A DNA stretch of 24,000 nucleotides, taken from the NCBI RefSeq assembly GCF_031927985.1, contig NZ_JARPZC010000012.1, positions 66,818 to 90,817 of the forward strand. Direction: 5' to 3'. The number at the start of each line of letters is the position of its first letter. Positions within the stretch are counted from its first letter, which is position 1. A program made the position numbers and the translations under genes. Positions 15,909 through 24,000 of the stretch are shown here, piece by piece. This DNA is from Enterococcus dongliensis. GTDB lineage: Bacteria > Bacillota > Bacilli > Lactobacillales > Enterococcaceae. The notes under the pieces were generated by a model, which searched no databases, was not told where the DNA came from, and worked only from the letters and a program-made list of their open reading frames with translations.

Positions 15909-16574
15909 CTAGTTTCCCAATACAAAATTTAAGAAATAATCTTCATCTAAAATATATTGATCAGTCTCTGCTACTTGTCTTGGCTCTAAGTAAAGAACAG
16001 TCGTATTGTATAAAGAAATATAATTGTTTAACTCTACTAATTCTTCTTTTGTCAAATAGGAGCATACATTAATGAAAACCAACAATTTTTTCTTTGTTAA
16101 GTTTTTGAAAACTTGAACAATTTCTACTAATTTTTCAAAAATTGAATCACTAGTTGTTTCAATTTTGATTCCTAATGCTTTAAATAATTCAATGATAGTG
16201 ATCTCATCACATTCTAAATCTAGCTCATGTTCCAATAACTCATAGCCGATTAGTTCACTGATTGTTGCAGTCAGCTTGTCAATCATCGATTTTACTTCTG
16301 GTCTTTCATTTAATTGTAGCTCTAAATCTGTATAAATCAACTTCAATGTAGCCGCTGAGTTAATATCATATCCTAATACATCAGTGACTAGCATTAGTTC
16401 TGAGGGTTTGATTGATTTTTGCTTATCATCAAATAATCGTAATTCGGATTCATCCTGATATTGATAAAAATATTTTGTTAATAGGGCGAAAATTTTAGTG
16501 TCTTCTACTGTTAAAATCGTAGCAGAATTTAGTTCGATTGGCTGATCTAACATTTCAAAATTAAGTTTCATCAT
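15909..16574 (-). CDS. csn2: Csn2 (type II-A adaptation protein, short form)
   Basis: The 221-aa protein is closely parallel to S. pyogenes Csn2 (e.g. [48 protein letters not shown]). It overlaps cas2 by 14 nt. Confidence 0.95.
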   Translation of the reverse strand: MMKLNFEMLDQPIELNSATILTVEDTKIFALLTKYFYQYQDESELRLFDDKQKSIKPSELMLVTDVLGYDINSAATLKLIYTDLELQLNERPEVKSMIDKLTATISELIGYELLEHELDLECDEITIIELFKALGIKIETTSDSIFEKLVEIVQVFKNLTKKKLLVFINVCSYLTKEELVELNNYISLYNTTVLYLEPRQVAETDQYILDEDYFLNFVLGN

Positions 16575-16902
16575 AATTATCCCCTAAAAAAACAATTCTG
16601 TCATCCGTATTTCCAATACAAGTGTCATGCTGACCATTTAAATAAACCATTCGTGAAAATTGTTTTTCAGTCACTGTTAGCAAGGTAATCAGGCCCTTAT
16701 TGGGATTATTTTGTTTTAGCCGTGCAATCATTGCCTTAGATGCTGTCCCATTTAACAGAATTTTACTATAGACTGAAAACTGATGCATGATGAAACCTTC
16801 ACTTAATAAAAATTTTCGAAAAGTACGATATGCTTTTCTTTCATCAGCTGTTTCAGTCGGCATATCAAACATTAATATCATCCTCATATAACGATAACTC
16901 AT
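16561..16902 (-). CDS. cas2: Cas2
   Basis: The sequence [47 protein letters not shown] is near-identical in pattern to S. pyogenes Cas2. It overlaps cas1 by 4 nt. Confidence 0.95.
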   Translation of the reverse strand: MSYRYMRMILMFDMPTETADERKAYRTFRKFLLSEGFIMHQFSVYSKILLNGTASKAMIARLKQNNPNKGLITLLTVTEKQFSRMVYLNGQHDTCIGNTDDRIVFLGDNYDET

Positions 16903-17765
16903 ATCCTAAACTCTGGAATCCTTTCTGATTCTTCATTCAATACTTTAACTACCTTTTTTGTATAATCACTGACTATATTTGTCAAAAACATTGTCTTAGA
17001 ATTGTAAACATATTGGTTGGTAAATAATTCAAAAATCGCACGTTTGATTACCTTGAATTCGTCAGTACGATTTGCATAAACAATTTGATCAACAATTGGG
17101 CGAAACGGCTCCATCAAATCACTGGCTAAATTAAAATCATTAAACTGATTAGCATGTTTCAGCCCAAATTGAGTCATACAACCGCATTTAACGATTTCCC
17201 TGGCAAAAATGCTCATCAATAAAGTATAGCCATAATTTAATCCTGCATTGATTGCATTTTCGCTGTCTCGTGAAAAATCATTACCAAATAACGTATTAAA
17301 ATAAATTCTGGCCGCATGTCCTTCTCGATTTGATGGATCAAAAATCTCAAGCTCATTGTGTAAATTGATTAATGCTTTTGTTTTTTCTTGAAACTCTAGT
17401 TCCATTAAAACTTGACATTGATTCAAGATTTTTTGTGAAATAATTTCTGTCCAAACAATCCCCTTCTGTTCTAAGGTCCAATTCAATTGTCGGCTTAATT
17501 GTAAACTACTATCATGACGACCATAAAAAGGTAGCAACTTGCCAATAGGCAGACGTTTATCATCACAAAATAAAATCAAAATATTTTCATCAACTAAGCG
17601 TTTTATCAACATCGTTGTAATCATAATATCCGTAGTTTCCAAAAGTAAGACATCGATTTCCGATAGATGGATCATTTCAGTTTGAGAAGCTGATTTATAG
17701 ACTAAATGATTATTTTTATAGGCTAATTTTGAATGCGTATTTACCACAATCGTTCGCCAACCCAT
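16899..17765 (-). CDS. cas1: Cas1 (type II)
   Basis: The sequence [25 protein letters not shown]...[22 protein letters not shown]...[24 protein letters not shown] matches S. pyogenes-type Cas1. Confidence 0.95.
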   Translation of the reverse strand: MGWRTIVVNTHSKLAYKNNHLVYKSASQTEMIHLSEIDVLLLETTDIMITTMLIKRLVDENILILFCDDKRLPIGKLLPFYGRHDSSLQLSRQLNWTLEQKGIVWTEIISQKILNQCQVLMELEFQEKTKALINLHNELEIFDPSNREGHAARIYFNTLFGNDFSRDSENAINAGLNYGYTLLMSIFAREIVKCGCMTQFGLKHANQFNDFNLASDLMEPFRPIVDQIVYANRTDEFKVIKRAIFELFTNQYVYNSKTMFLTNIVSDYTKKVVKVLNEESERIPEFRI

Positions 17766-17767
17766 AA

Positions 17768-20700
17768 CTATTCACCTAATTTCCAATGAGTTTCATATAG
17801 ACCCGTAATCGATTGGTTAATAATTGTTGCAGCTAAAAGTTCTCTTATATTTGTATAACGTTTACGAGGAATCGTTGTATCAAAAAATTTGAAATCTGCT
17901 GGTGCGCCCATTGCATTAAATTGCATTAAATTCAAAAAAGATTGAGCAATTAATTTGATATCGGCATCTTGATTTTCTTTAAATAGACTTTCTAAGTTCT
18001 GCAAATTTTTATCCGCTAATGTATAGTTTTTAGCAAACTGTTTCACTATCTCAAACAGTTCAGTAAACATCGGCTTATGATCTATTAGATACTTCAAACT
18101 TTTCCCGTCTATTTCTTCATAATGCTTCGCATGGTAAAGTAATTCGATCAAATGACTTGGTAAAACCATTTGATTGCCTTTTTGTGCTTCGGTGGCACTA
18201 GCAACTAATCGTCGGCGACCATTCTCTAACTCATATAAAGTGTATTTTGGTAATTTTGCTATAACTTGTGGATTATTATAGCCCTTTTCAGTTAGAAATT
18301 TCTGTGGATTTTCTTCAAACCTCTTTCGTTCCATAATGGTGATTCCCACAATCGCTTTTGTGACTTTTTGCTGTTTTCCTTTTTCATAAGTGATAACGAC
18401 TGAATATGCGATATTTGGGCTATCAAAGCCGCCATATTTTTTAGGATCCCAATCATTTTTTCTTGAAATCAGCTTCGGTGAATCTCCTTTTGGCAAAACT
18501 GATTCTTTAGAAAATCCTCCCGTTTGAATTTCGGGTTTCTTTACAATGTTCATTTGTCGATAGTTCATTACTTTTTTAACCGTTGAGATATTTTTCTGAT
18601 CCCAAAGAATTTCACCATTTTCGTCAACTTTTTTTTGACTACTTTCGAAAAAAAGCATTAGATTACTATAGAAGTTTTTCTTAGCAGTCGCCTTATTCTC
18701 TTTAAACAAGTTAAATTTGTGATACTCGCCATAAACAAATTCTGGTTCAAGCTGTGGATAAACTTTCAGTAAAGCTTGCGAAACAACACCGTTTAAATAG
18801 GCATCATGAGCATGATGGTAGTCATTCACTTCACGGATTTTGTACAGTTTGTAAATCTGACGAAATTGACTGGTCAGAGCTGATTTTAGAGTAATGACTC
18901 TGGTCGTATGCTCTTCATTGATATTATATTTTTGATGTAAAATTCGGGCGACATGCTTGGTAATTTGGCGTGTTTCAACTAATTGTCGCTTAATAAAATG
19001 TGCTTTATCCGCCTCGCTTAATCCTCCACTAACTCCTTTAGTTAAATTATCAAATTTCCGCTGACTCATCAGATTGGCTTTTTTTAATTTCTCCCAATAA
19101 CTGATCATTTTATTTACGACACTCTCGCTTGGAACATCGTTAGATTTTCCTCGATTCTCCTTTGAACTAACTAAAACGATATTATCGATGGAATTGTCTT
19201 TGATAAAGCTTTGTGGAATAATGTGATCGATGTCATATTGAGCAAGTTTATTGATGTCCAACTCATCTCCGGTATACATATCCTTTCCATTTTGTAAATA
19301 ATATAAAAATAACCGATCGCTTCTTAAATTCACACCATCTAAAGGATATTCTCTCAAAATATTACTACCGAGTTCTCTCATCGCATCTTCCAACACTTTT
19401 TGTCGAGCGCGTGACTTGTTTCTTCCTGCATTCGTTGTCTGATTCTCTCGAGCCATTTCTACTACAATATTTCTAGGTGGGTATCCCATAATCCCCACGA
19501 TTTCATCAACAATTTTTAGACTTTGCAAAATACCCTTTTTGATTGCTGGACTGCCTGCAAGCTCTTTGACGATTTCATGTAAATCTGCTGATTGATCAAC
19601 GGATTGATGTTGCTCAATAATTTCTTTAAAGGATAGCGTCTCATCGTTGATTAACTGCATCAAATTACGATTTTTATTTCTAGGAAAATCATCGTCGCGC
19701 ATCAAGTAATCTAAAATAGTTTTCTTTGATTGTTTGTCTCGAATCCCATTGATTAGTTCTGCTGATAGACGTCCCCAACCGGTATAGTGTCGTCGCACTA
19801 ATTTCTTAAGAATATTTTGATCAAAATAAGAATCAAATTTACTTAGTTGTTCTCTGATCATTTTCCGATCTTCAAAAACCGTTAAAATTTTAATGACTTC
19901 TTCAAACAACGCTTCATTTGCCGGATCATCCAATATCTCTTGGCTGACTCCTAATTTTATTAAGTCCTGATATGTGCCATAACTTGCATTAAACCGCTGC
20001 TCAACCCCTTTGATCTCAGCAGTTTCAATCATATAATGATTTTTCAAAAACTTCTCAAGTAGCTTGCAGTCGACTTTATGATTCTTTTTAAACAATTCGT
20101 TAAATATCTCTTGTTTTTCAACACTTGAAAAATATTGTATCTCTCCTCGATCATCGACATAAGATACTCGGGTCAATTCATTAAACACCATATATTTCTC
20201 ATAGAGCATACTATGCTTTGGCAGCACTTTTTCTTGTGGCAAATAACTGTCATAATTAATCATTTTTTCTATAAAAGCGGTCGCTGATTTTCCTTCATCG
20301 ATGATTTCCGTGAAATTCCATGGTGTAATCGCCTCTTCGTTTCTTCGACTCGACCAAGCGAACCGACTGTTTCCTTTGGCTAGAGGTCCAACATAATAAG
20401 GGATACGAAAAGTAAGGATTTGTTCAATCTTGCTTTGATTCTCTGCTAAAAATGGATAATAATGCTTTTGCTTGCCAATAATTGCCTGCAATTCTTCCAA
20501 ATGAATCTGATGTGGTATCACTCCATTATCAAATGTCCGTTGTTTTCTTAAGAAATCTTCTTTTCTAACCTTATCTAAAAAGTAATCAGCTCCTTCTACA
20601 TCTTTGAGTAAATTCTCCAAATATTTATAAAAATCAGCCTGCGTCACACTATTTTCAATATACCCAGCATAGCCTTTCTTTTGTTCGTCTCGAAATACTT

Positions 20701-21754
20701 CAAAATATTTATCAGGCAATTCTTTTCGAATAAAACTTTTAAATTTTTCTAAATCGGCTTTATGATCCTCATAACGTTTCACTAAACTTGCTGATAGTTT
20801 TGCTTTGGTACTTAAATCTTTCACGGTCAAAATACCCGATAATTCCACTGCATCATAAACAGTTTTGGCGGCAGCAAAAACTTCTGCGTACTCATCTCCA
20901 ATCAAAGCCAAAAGACCCTCTAGCTGGTCTTCATATTCGTCTTTAGAAAATTGTAATTTAAATTCTTCATCCAATTGAAAATATTTTTTAAAACTTCCTT
21001 GATTGCCGACAATCATTTTTAAAAATTGCATAAAAATTCCATTGGTTTTTTCTTCAGGAAACAACTTAAGTACGTTTTCTGCTTTTTTCTGACGCGATAA
21101 ACGCTCCTGTAGCAGCACACTGATTTTTTCTACATCAGTCGATTCACAGTTGTTCTCCTGAGTGTTAAATGTTTGATTGTATGCCTGGATAAAAGTTCTA
21201 AAAGTTTCTTTCACGGAAGAATTTTCGGTGTTCAACTTCCCTTCAATTAAAAAATTTCCCCGAAACTTGACAATATGTGCTAGTGCCAAATAAATCAGGC
21301 GTAAGTCAACCTGTTCAGATGCATCAGCCAAATATTTTCGTAAGTGATAAATTGTTGGAAACTGCTCATGATAAGCAATCTCTTCTTCCAACGTTGCAAA
21401 AATTGGATGACGCTCATTTCTTTTTTCTTCTGGAACTAAAAAACTGTCATCTAAGCGATAGAAAAAATTTTTATCAACTTTAGCCATTTCTATTTGAAAA
21501 ATTTCTTGTAGATAGCGAATTCGATTGCGTCTGCGTGTGTATCTTCTGCGTGCAGTTCGCTTCATCCTTGTTCCTTCAGCAGTCTCTCCTGCTTCAAATA
21601 AACGAACACCCCAAAAATTCTTTTTACTTTTTTTCTTTGAACCGTTTCCTTTGATTTTCATATTTTTTTTGATCAAATCGTAGTTCGGATCTAGAACTGC
21701 CCAGCCAACTGAGGCTGTTCCAATATCTAGTCCAATTGTATAATCTTTATTCAT
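17768..21754 (-). CDS. cas9: Cas9 (type II-A, 1328 aa, SpyCas9-like)
   Basis: RuvC-I reads [17 protein letters not shown]. The HNH domain reads [11 protein letters not shown]...[10 protein letters not shown]. RuvC-III reads [12 protein letters not shown]. The C-terminal PAM-interacting region reads [12 protein letters not shown]...[19 protein letters not shown] precedes ATG 21754. Confidence 0.98.
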   Translation of the reverse strand: MNKDYTIGLDIGTASVGWAVLDPNYDLIKKNMKIKGNGSKKKSKKNFWGVRLFEAGETAEGTRMKRTARRRYTRRRNRIRYLQEIFQIEMAKVDKNFFYRLDDSFLVPEEKRNERHPIFATLEEEIAYHEQFPTIYHLRKYLADASEQVDLRLIYLALAHIVKFRGNFLIEGKLNTENSSVKETFRTFIQAYNQTFNTQENNCESTDVEKISVLLQERLSRQKKAENVLKLFPEEKTNGIFMQFLKMIVGNQGSFKKYFQLDEEFKLQFSKDEYEDQLEGLLALIGDEYAEVFAAAKTVYDAVELSGILTVKDLSTKAKLSASLVKRYEDHKADLEKFKSFIRKELPDKYFEVFRDEQKKGYAGYIENSVTQADFYKYLENLLKDVEGADYFLDKVRKEDFLRKQRTFDNGVIPHQIHLEELQAIIGKQKHYYPFLAENQSKIEQILTFRIPYYVGPLAKGNSRFAWSSRRNEEAITPWNFTEIIDEGKSATAFIEKMINYDSYLPQEKVLPKHSMLYEKYMVFNELTRVSYVDDRGEIQYFSSVEKQEIFNELFKKNHKVDCKLLEKFLKNHYMIETAEIKGVEQRFNASYGTYQDLIKLGVSQEILDDPANEALFEEVIKILTVFEDRKMIREQLSKFDSYFDQNILKKLVRRHYTGWGRLSAELINGIRDKQSKKTILDYLMRDDDFPRNKNRNLMQLINDETLSFKEIIEQHQSVDQSADLHEIVKELAGSPAIKKGILQSLKIVDEIVGIMGYPPRNIVVEMARENQTTNAGRNKSRARQKVLEDAMRELGSNILREYPLDGVNLRSDRLFLYYLQNGKDMYTGDELDINKLAQYDIDHIIPQSFIKDNSIDNIVLVSSKENRGKSNDVPSESVVNKMISYWEKLKKANLMSQRKFDNLTKGVSGGLSEADKAHFIKRQLVETRQITKHVARILHQKYNINEEHTTRVITLKSALTSQFRQIYKLYKIREVNDYHHAHDAYLNGVVSQALLKVYPQLEPEFVYGEYHKFNLFKENKATAKKNFYSNLMLFFESSQKKVDENGEILWDQKNISTVKKVMNYRQMNIVKKPEIQTGGFSKESVLPKGDSPKLISRKNDWDPKKYGGFDSPNIAYSVVITYEKGKQQKVTKAIVGITIMERKRFEENPQKFLTEKGYNNPQVIAKLPKYTLYELENGRRRLVASATEAQKGNQMVLPSHLIELLYHAKHYEEIDGKSLKYLIDHKPMFTELFEIVKQFAKNYTLADKNLQNLESLFKENQDADIKLIAQSFLNLMQFNAMGAPADFKFFDTTIPRKRYTNIRELLAATIINQSITGLYETHWKLGE

Positions 21755-21808
21755 TGTGTCCTCCCCAAATGATTTTTTTGATTTAGACTTTTACTTTTTC
21801 TCTATTCT

Positions 21809-21817
21809 TGTTATAAT
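21809..21817 (+). promoter_or_regulatory. tracrRNA promoter, extended -10
   Basis: TGtTATAAT has its TG at 21809-21810 and TATAAT at 21812-21817. It lies 6-7 nt upstream of the anti-repeat start at G21824. Confidence 0.6.
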
Positions 21818-21838
21818 GAATTTGTTGGAAGTTTTCAA
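21810..21838 (-). promoter_or_regulatory. Candidate cas9 operon promoter
   Basis: The minus strand reads TTGAAA (21833-21838), a 17-nt spacer, then TATAAC (21810-21815). This is about 55 nt upstream of the cas9 ATG. The -35 lies inside tracrRNA anti-repeat DNA. Confidence 0.45.
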
Positions 21839-21912
21839 AACAACATAGCGAGTTAAAATAAGGCTTAGTCCGTAATCAACTTTTAAAGTGGCGCTGTTTC
21901 GGCGCTTTTTTT
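21824..21912 (+). ncRNA. tracrRNA: tracrRNA (short form, ~89 nt)
   Basis: GTTGGAAGTTTTCAAAACAACATAGCGAGTTAAAATAAGGCTTAGTCCGTAATCAACTTTTAAAGTGGCGCTGTTTCGGCGCTTTTTTT. The 5' part is the anti-repeat, complementary to the array repeat. It is followed by the nexus AAGGCTTAGTCCG and a terminator hairpin GCGCUG/CGGCGC with U7. The sequence is collinear with S. pyogenes tracrRNA. Confidence 0.9.
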
Positions 21913-22106
21913 GTGTCTTCAAAAAGCTTGCATGTGCAAACGTTTACTTAGAGTTTATCACTCTTCTTCTTTACATAAAATAGAAATTTAATGGTAAATC
22001 CTCTCTTTTTTTAAAAAATATCTTTCTTTATTTTGCACTAAAATTTATCTGTATTTTAACGAATAATCCAGGTCTATATTAGTGAAATCGGTAGTTGTGA
22101 CCAGAC

Positions 22107-22144
22107 AAAAAAACCATCCCTTTAACCAAAGGGATGGTTTTTTT
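22107..22144. terminator. Bidirectional Rho-independent terminator
   Basis: The structure is A7, CCATCCCTTT (22114-22123), loop aacc, AAAGGGATGG (22128-22137), then T7. It abuts the stop of the PNPOx-like gene. Confidence 0.8.
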
Positions 22145-22550
22145 ATTTTTCAGGAATGTCCAAAAATTCGCTATGCATTTGTTTGTAGTGTTTAACACTC
22201 AATGTTTCAAAAACAGCGATCACTGGATTTTCATAATTTAAATCTTTTTGGAACTCATTTAGTTGTGCAGCTAATTTTTTATATTCTACTAACTCTTCCG
22301 CAAACAAATAGCCTTTCAACGCAATGCTTTCATGTTGATCTTTGTCAAAACAAAAGAGGCTGCCGGTACGATTATGACGGATATTTTCGGCCGTTCGTCC
22401 ATCACCGTTGATATAAAATTTAAAATAGTAGAACCCATTTCGTTCAAGTGGTGGTGAAACAGCAATCATATGCGGGAATCCGCGATTATCAATCGTAGTC
22501 AGCGTAAATGTGTCGGCATTAGCTAACAAAGTCTCCATATTCTTATCCAT
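22143..22550 (-). CDS. Pyridoxamine 5'-phosphate oxidase-like FMN-binding split-barrel family protein
   Basis: The 135-aa protein runs from ATG 22550, with RBS AGGAGGGG upstream. The sequence FTLTTIDNRGFPHMIAV...RTAENIRHNRTGSLFCFD...IALKGY is PNPOx/general-stress-protein-26-like. Confidence 0.65.
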   Translation of the reverse strand: MDKNMETLLANADTFTLTTIDNRGFPHMIAVSPPLERNGFYYFKFYINGDGRTAENIRHNRTGSLFCFDKDQHESIALKGYLFAEELVEYKKLAAQLNEFQKDLNYENPVIAVFETLSVKHYKQMHSEFLDIPEK

Positions 22551-22749
22551 TTTAAAACCCCTCCTAAACTTTATTCTTTTATTTTTCTGATACATCTGGC
22601 AACATAACTTATTTTTACTTCTTCTCTTTACCTTATCATCTTTATCCTAAAAAAACTGTTCCGACGAACTGAATCTGCAAAAATTGATTATTTCTGCTTT
22701 TTTTCTCAATAAAACCTGATATGATAAAGCACAGAAAGGACTGATAAAA

Positions 22750-23070
22750 ATGTTTGAACCAACGAAATCACGAAAAAGTACGGTCCCTTTTGATCTTGTC
22801 CCTGAACACATGCAGCAAGAGATTTGGCACATGATCTTCATGCGACCTTCTAAAGGACTGCCGCTTACATCCCCACAGCGCTTTCATTTCTTCAAAAATA
22901 AAATAGCACACACATTGAGTCTCGTCTATTCCCAAAGTGAGCCTTATTTTTCTGACGGGATTACTGCACCGTATGTTCAGGACTACGAAGACGTAGAATT
23001 TCCTAAAGTCATGTATGTCTATGACGATGGAACTGAATTGATTATGACTCTTGATGAAAAAAACGTCTGA
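22750..23070 (+). CDS. Hypothetical protein (106 aa); possibly DUF960-like
   Basis: ATG 22750 has RBS AAAGGA. A terminator follows immediately. The family assignment is only a weak recollection, based on the C-terminal ...KVMYVYDDGTELIMTLDE pattern. Confidence 0.5.
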   Translation: MFEPTKSRKSTVPFDLVPEHMQQEIWHMIFMRPSKGLPLTSPQRFHFFKNKIAHTLSLVYSQSEPYFSDGITAPYVQDYEDVEFPKVMYVYDDGTELIMTLDEKNV

Positions 23071-23093
23071 CTTTTCATGTTAGACGTTTTTTT
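23057..23093. terminator. Bidirectional terminator between convergent genes
   Basis: AAAAAAACGTCT (23057-23068) pairs with AGACGTTTTTTT (23082-23093). Confidence 0.75.
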
Positions 23094-23095
23094 GA

Positions 23096-23533
23096 TTATT
23101 TTACTACCATGACATTACATGGTGCCTGATTCACTACATAAGCAGTGGTCGAACCAACAAATAACAACGATAGCGCACCTAACCCCGTTGCCCCCATCAC
23201 GATCAGATCTGTCTCCAATTTCCCTGCTAATTCCACAAGCTCTCGTTTTGGATTTCCTGCAATAATCTGGGAAGTCAAATGGACCTCTTGTTCTTCTGCG
23301 ATACGATGATGTTCTAATTCTGCAATGATCCTCTGGGCCTTTTCTCGGACTTCTTGCATCAATGGAATCGAATTTCCTCCGGTTGTTCCGCTAAAACTAG
23401 CCGTATCAATAACTGTTGCTAAGGTCAATTTCCCTTTATTTCTTTTTGCGATATTGATTGCTTCATCAAATGCTTTTTTGGATTGCGCGGAGCCATCCAC
23501 AGCAACTAAAATATTTTTATATTCATCAACCAT
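23096..23533 (-). CDS. Universal stress protein (UspA family)
   Basis: The sequence has YKNILVAVDGSAQSKKAFDEAI and ends DLIVMGATGLGALSLLFVGSTTAYVVNQAPCNVMVV. ATG 23533 is preferred over the TTG at 23551. Confidence 0.85.
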   Translation of the reverse strand: MVDEYKNILVAVDGSAQSKKAFDEAINIAKRNKGKLTLATVIDTASFSGTTGGNSIPLMQEVREKAQRIIAELEHHRIAEEQEVHLTSQIIAGNPKRELVELAGKLETDLIVMGATGLGALSLLFVGSTTAYVVNQAPCNVMVVK

Positions 23534-23780
23534 CTTTGCCGCCCCTTTCAATCATAGTCTATCATTCTACCATAATTACTAAAAATATAAATAACTATTT
23601 CTCTTTATTTTTTTACTTTTCAAAAATTAAACCAGCTTAAAAGATGTGGAAAAAAATTGTTCTTTTTATCTCTAGGTGCTAAACTTTATCAACCAATAAA
23701 ATATTGACTTAACTGCTCATCTAAGAAATATACCATACTCTTTATAAAAAGAGATTTGACTAAAATAAGGAGAATCTATC

Positions 23781-24000
23781 ATGAACAACGTCCAACGAAA
23801 AAAAGCCCATCTCATCATCCACAGCGCCTCGACTGCTGCAGCAATAGTTGGTGCAGGAATGGCACAATTTCCTGTCCCTGATGCAACAGTTTTATTGCCA
23901 ATCCAAACTGCGATGGTAATTAGTCTAGGAAAAATTTTTCATATGAAACTAGAAGAAGGTGTCGCAAAATCACTGGCTACCCAATTTTTAGCCCAAAAAG
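23781..24000 (+). CDS. Hypothetical membrane-associated protein, partial (runs off window); possibly DUF697-like
   Basis: RBS AAGGAG lies 7 nt before ATG 23781. Translation is MNNVQRKKAHLIIHSASTAAAIVGAGMAQFPVPDATVLLPIQTAMVISLGKIF... The frame is open to the window end. Confidence 0.5.
   Translation, partial: MNNVQRKKAHLIIHSASTAAAIVGAGMAQFPVPDATVLLPIQTAMVISLGKIFHMKLEEGVAKSLATQFLAQK

Noticed and set aside
21773-21786. The exact 14-mer TTTTTTTGATTTAG upstream of cas9 (plus strand) is shared with the glycosylasparaginase promoter (7598-7611, minus strand). A 12-mer is shared with the GntR promoter.
   Set aside because: It is a low-complexity A/T tract plus TTGATT. At the cas9 site it has no GTATATAC operator and no usable -10 at the right spacing, since TCTATT is the only candidate. 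This is most likely coincidence.
21780-21801. A repeat-like stretch, GATTTAGACTTTTACTTTTTCT, lies upstream of the tracrRNA, and a perfect TATAAT sits at 21739-21744 inside the cas9 5' end. Together they could indicate a long tracrRNA form acting as a natural single guide that autoregulates cas9.
   Set aside because: Identity to the repeat is only 14/22, and the context is T-rich. I found no matching guide-target pair with a PAM, and the TATAAT lacks a -35. The idea is worth an RNA-seq check but is not supportable from sequence alone.

Overview
This is a low-GC Firmicute chromosomal window. It looks Lactobacillales or Enterococcus-like from gene content and the cas sequences, but no database search was possible. 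Most genes are on the minus strand.

- **1-3864:** a glycyl radical enzyme (GRE) truncated by the window edge, its radical-SAM activase, and a divergent HTH-cupin regulator.
- **3958-9803:** a GntR-controlled catabolic locus. It encodes the GntR regulator, an M20 dipeptidase, a glycosylasparaginase, PTS IIB, IIC and IIA of the lactose/cellobiose family, and an embedded GrdB-N-terminal-like protein. Two promoter regions share a duplicated GTATATAC-N6-GTATATAC operator module, and one also has a cre site.
- **10219-14173:** housekeeping and stress genes. These are a short SDR, CsbD, two small divergent ORFs (one is below the ORF-track cutoff), a DsrE-like protein and a Na/Pi cotransporter.
- **14303-21912:** a complete type II-A CRISPR-Cas locus on the minus strand, consisting of cas9, cas1, cas2, csn2, a leader and an array. 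The array has 23 repeats (22 full 36-nt repeats plus one degenerate terminal repeat) and 22 unique 30-nt spacers. A divergent tracrRNA lies on the plus strand.
- **22143-24000:** a PNPOx-like protein, a hypothetical protein, a universal stress protein and a partial membrane protein.

I found no clearly novel multi-gene system. The observations most worth a second look are:

- the overlapping back-to-back cas9 and tracrRNA promoters;
- an inverted partial repeat (anti-repeat-like) in the CRISPR leader;
- the orphan GRE paired with a short PflA-type activase;
- the GrdB-like protein in the PTS operon;
- the shared operator module.

All calls rest on reading the sequence and recalling protein families. 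Nothing was searched or computed with tools.
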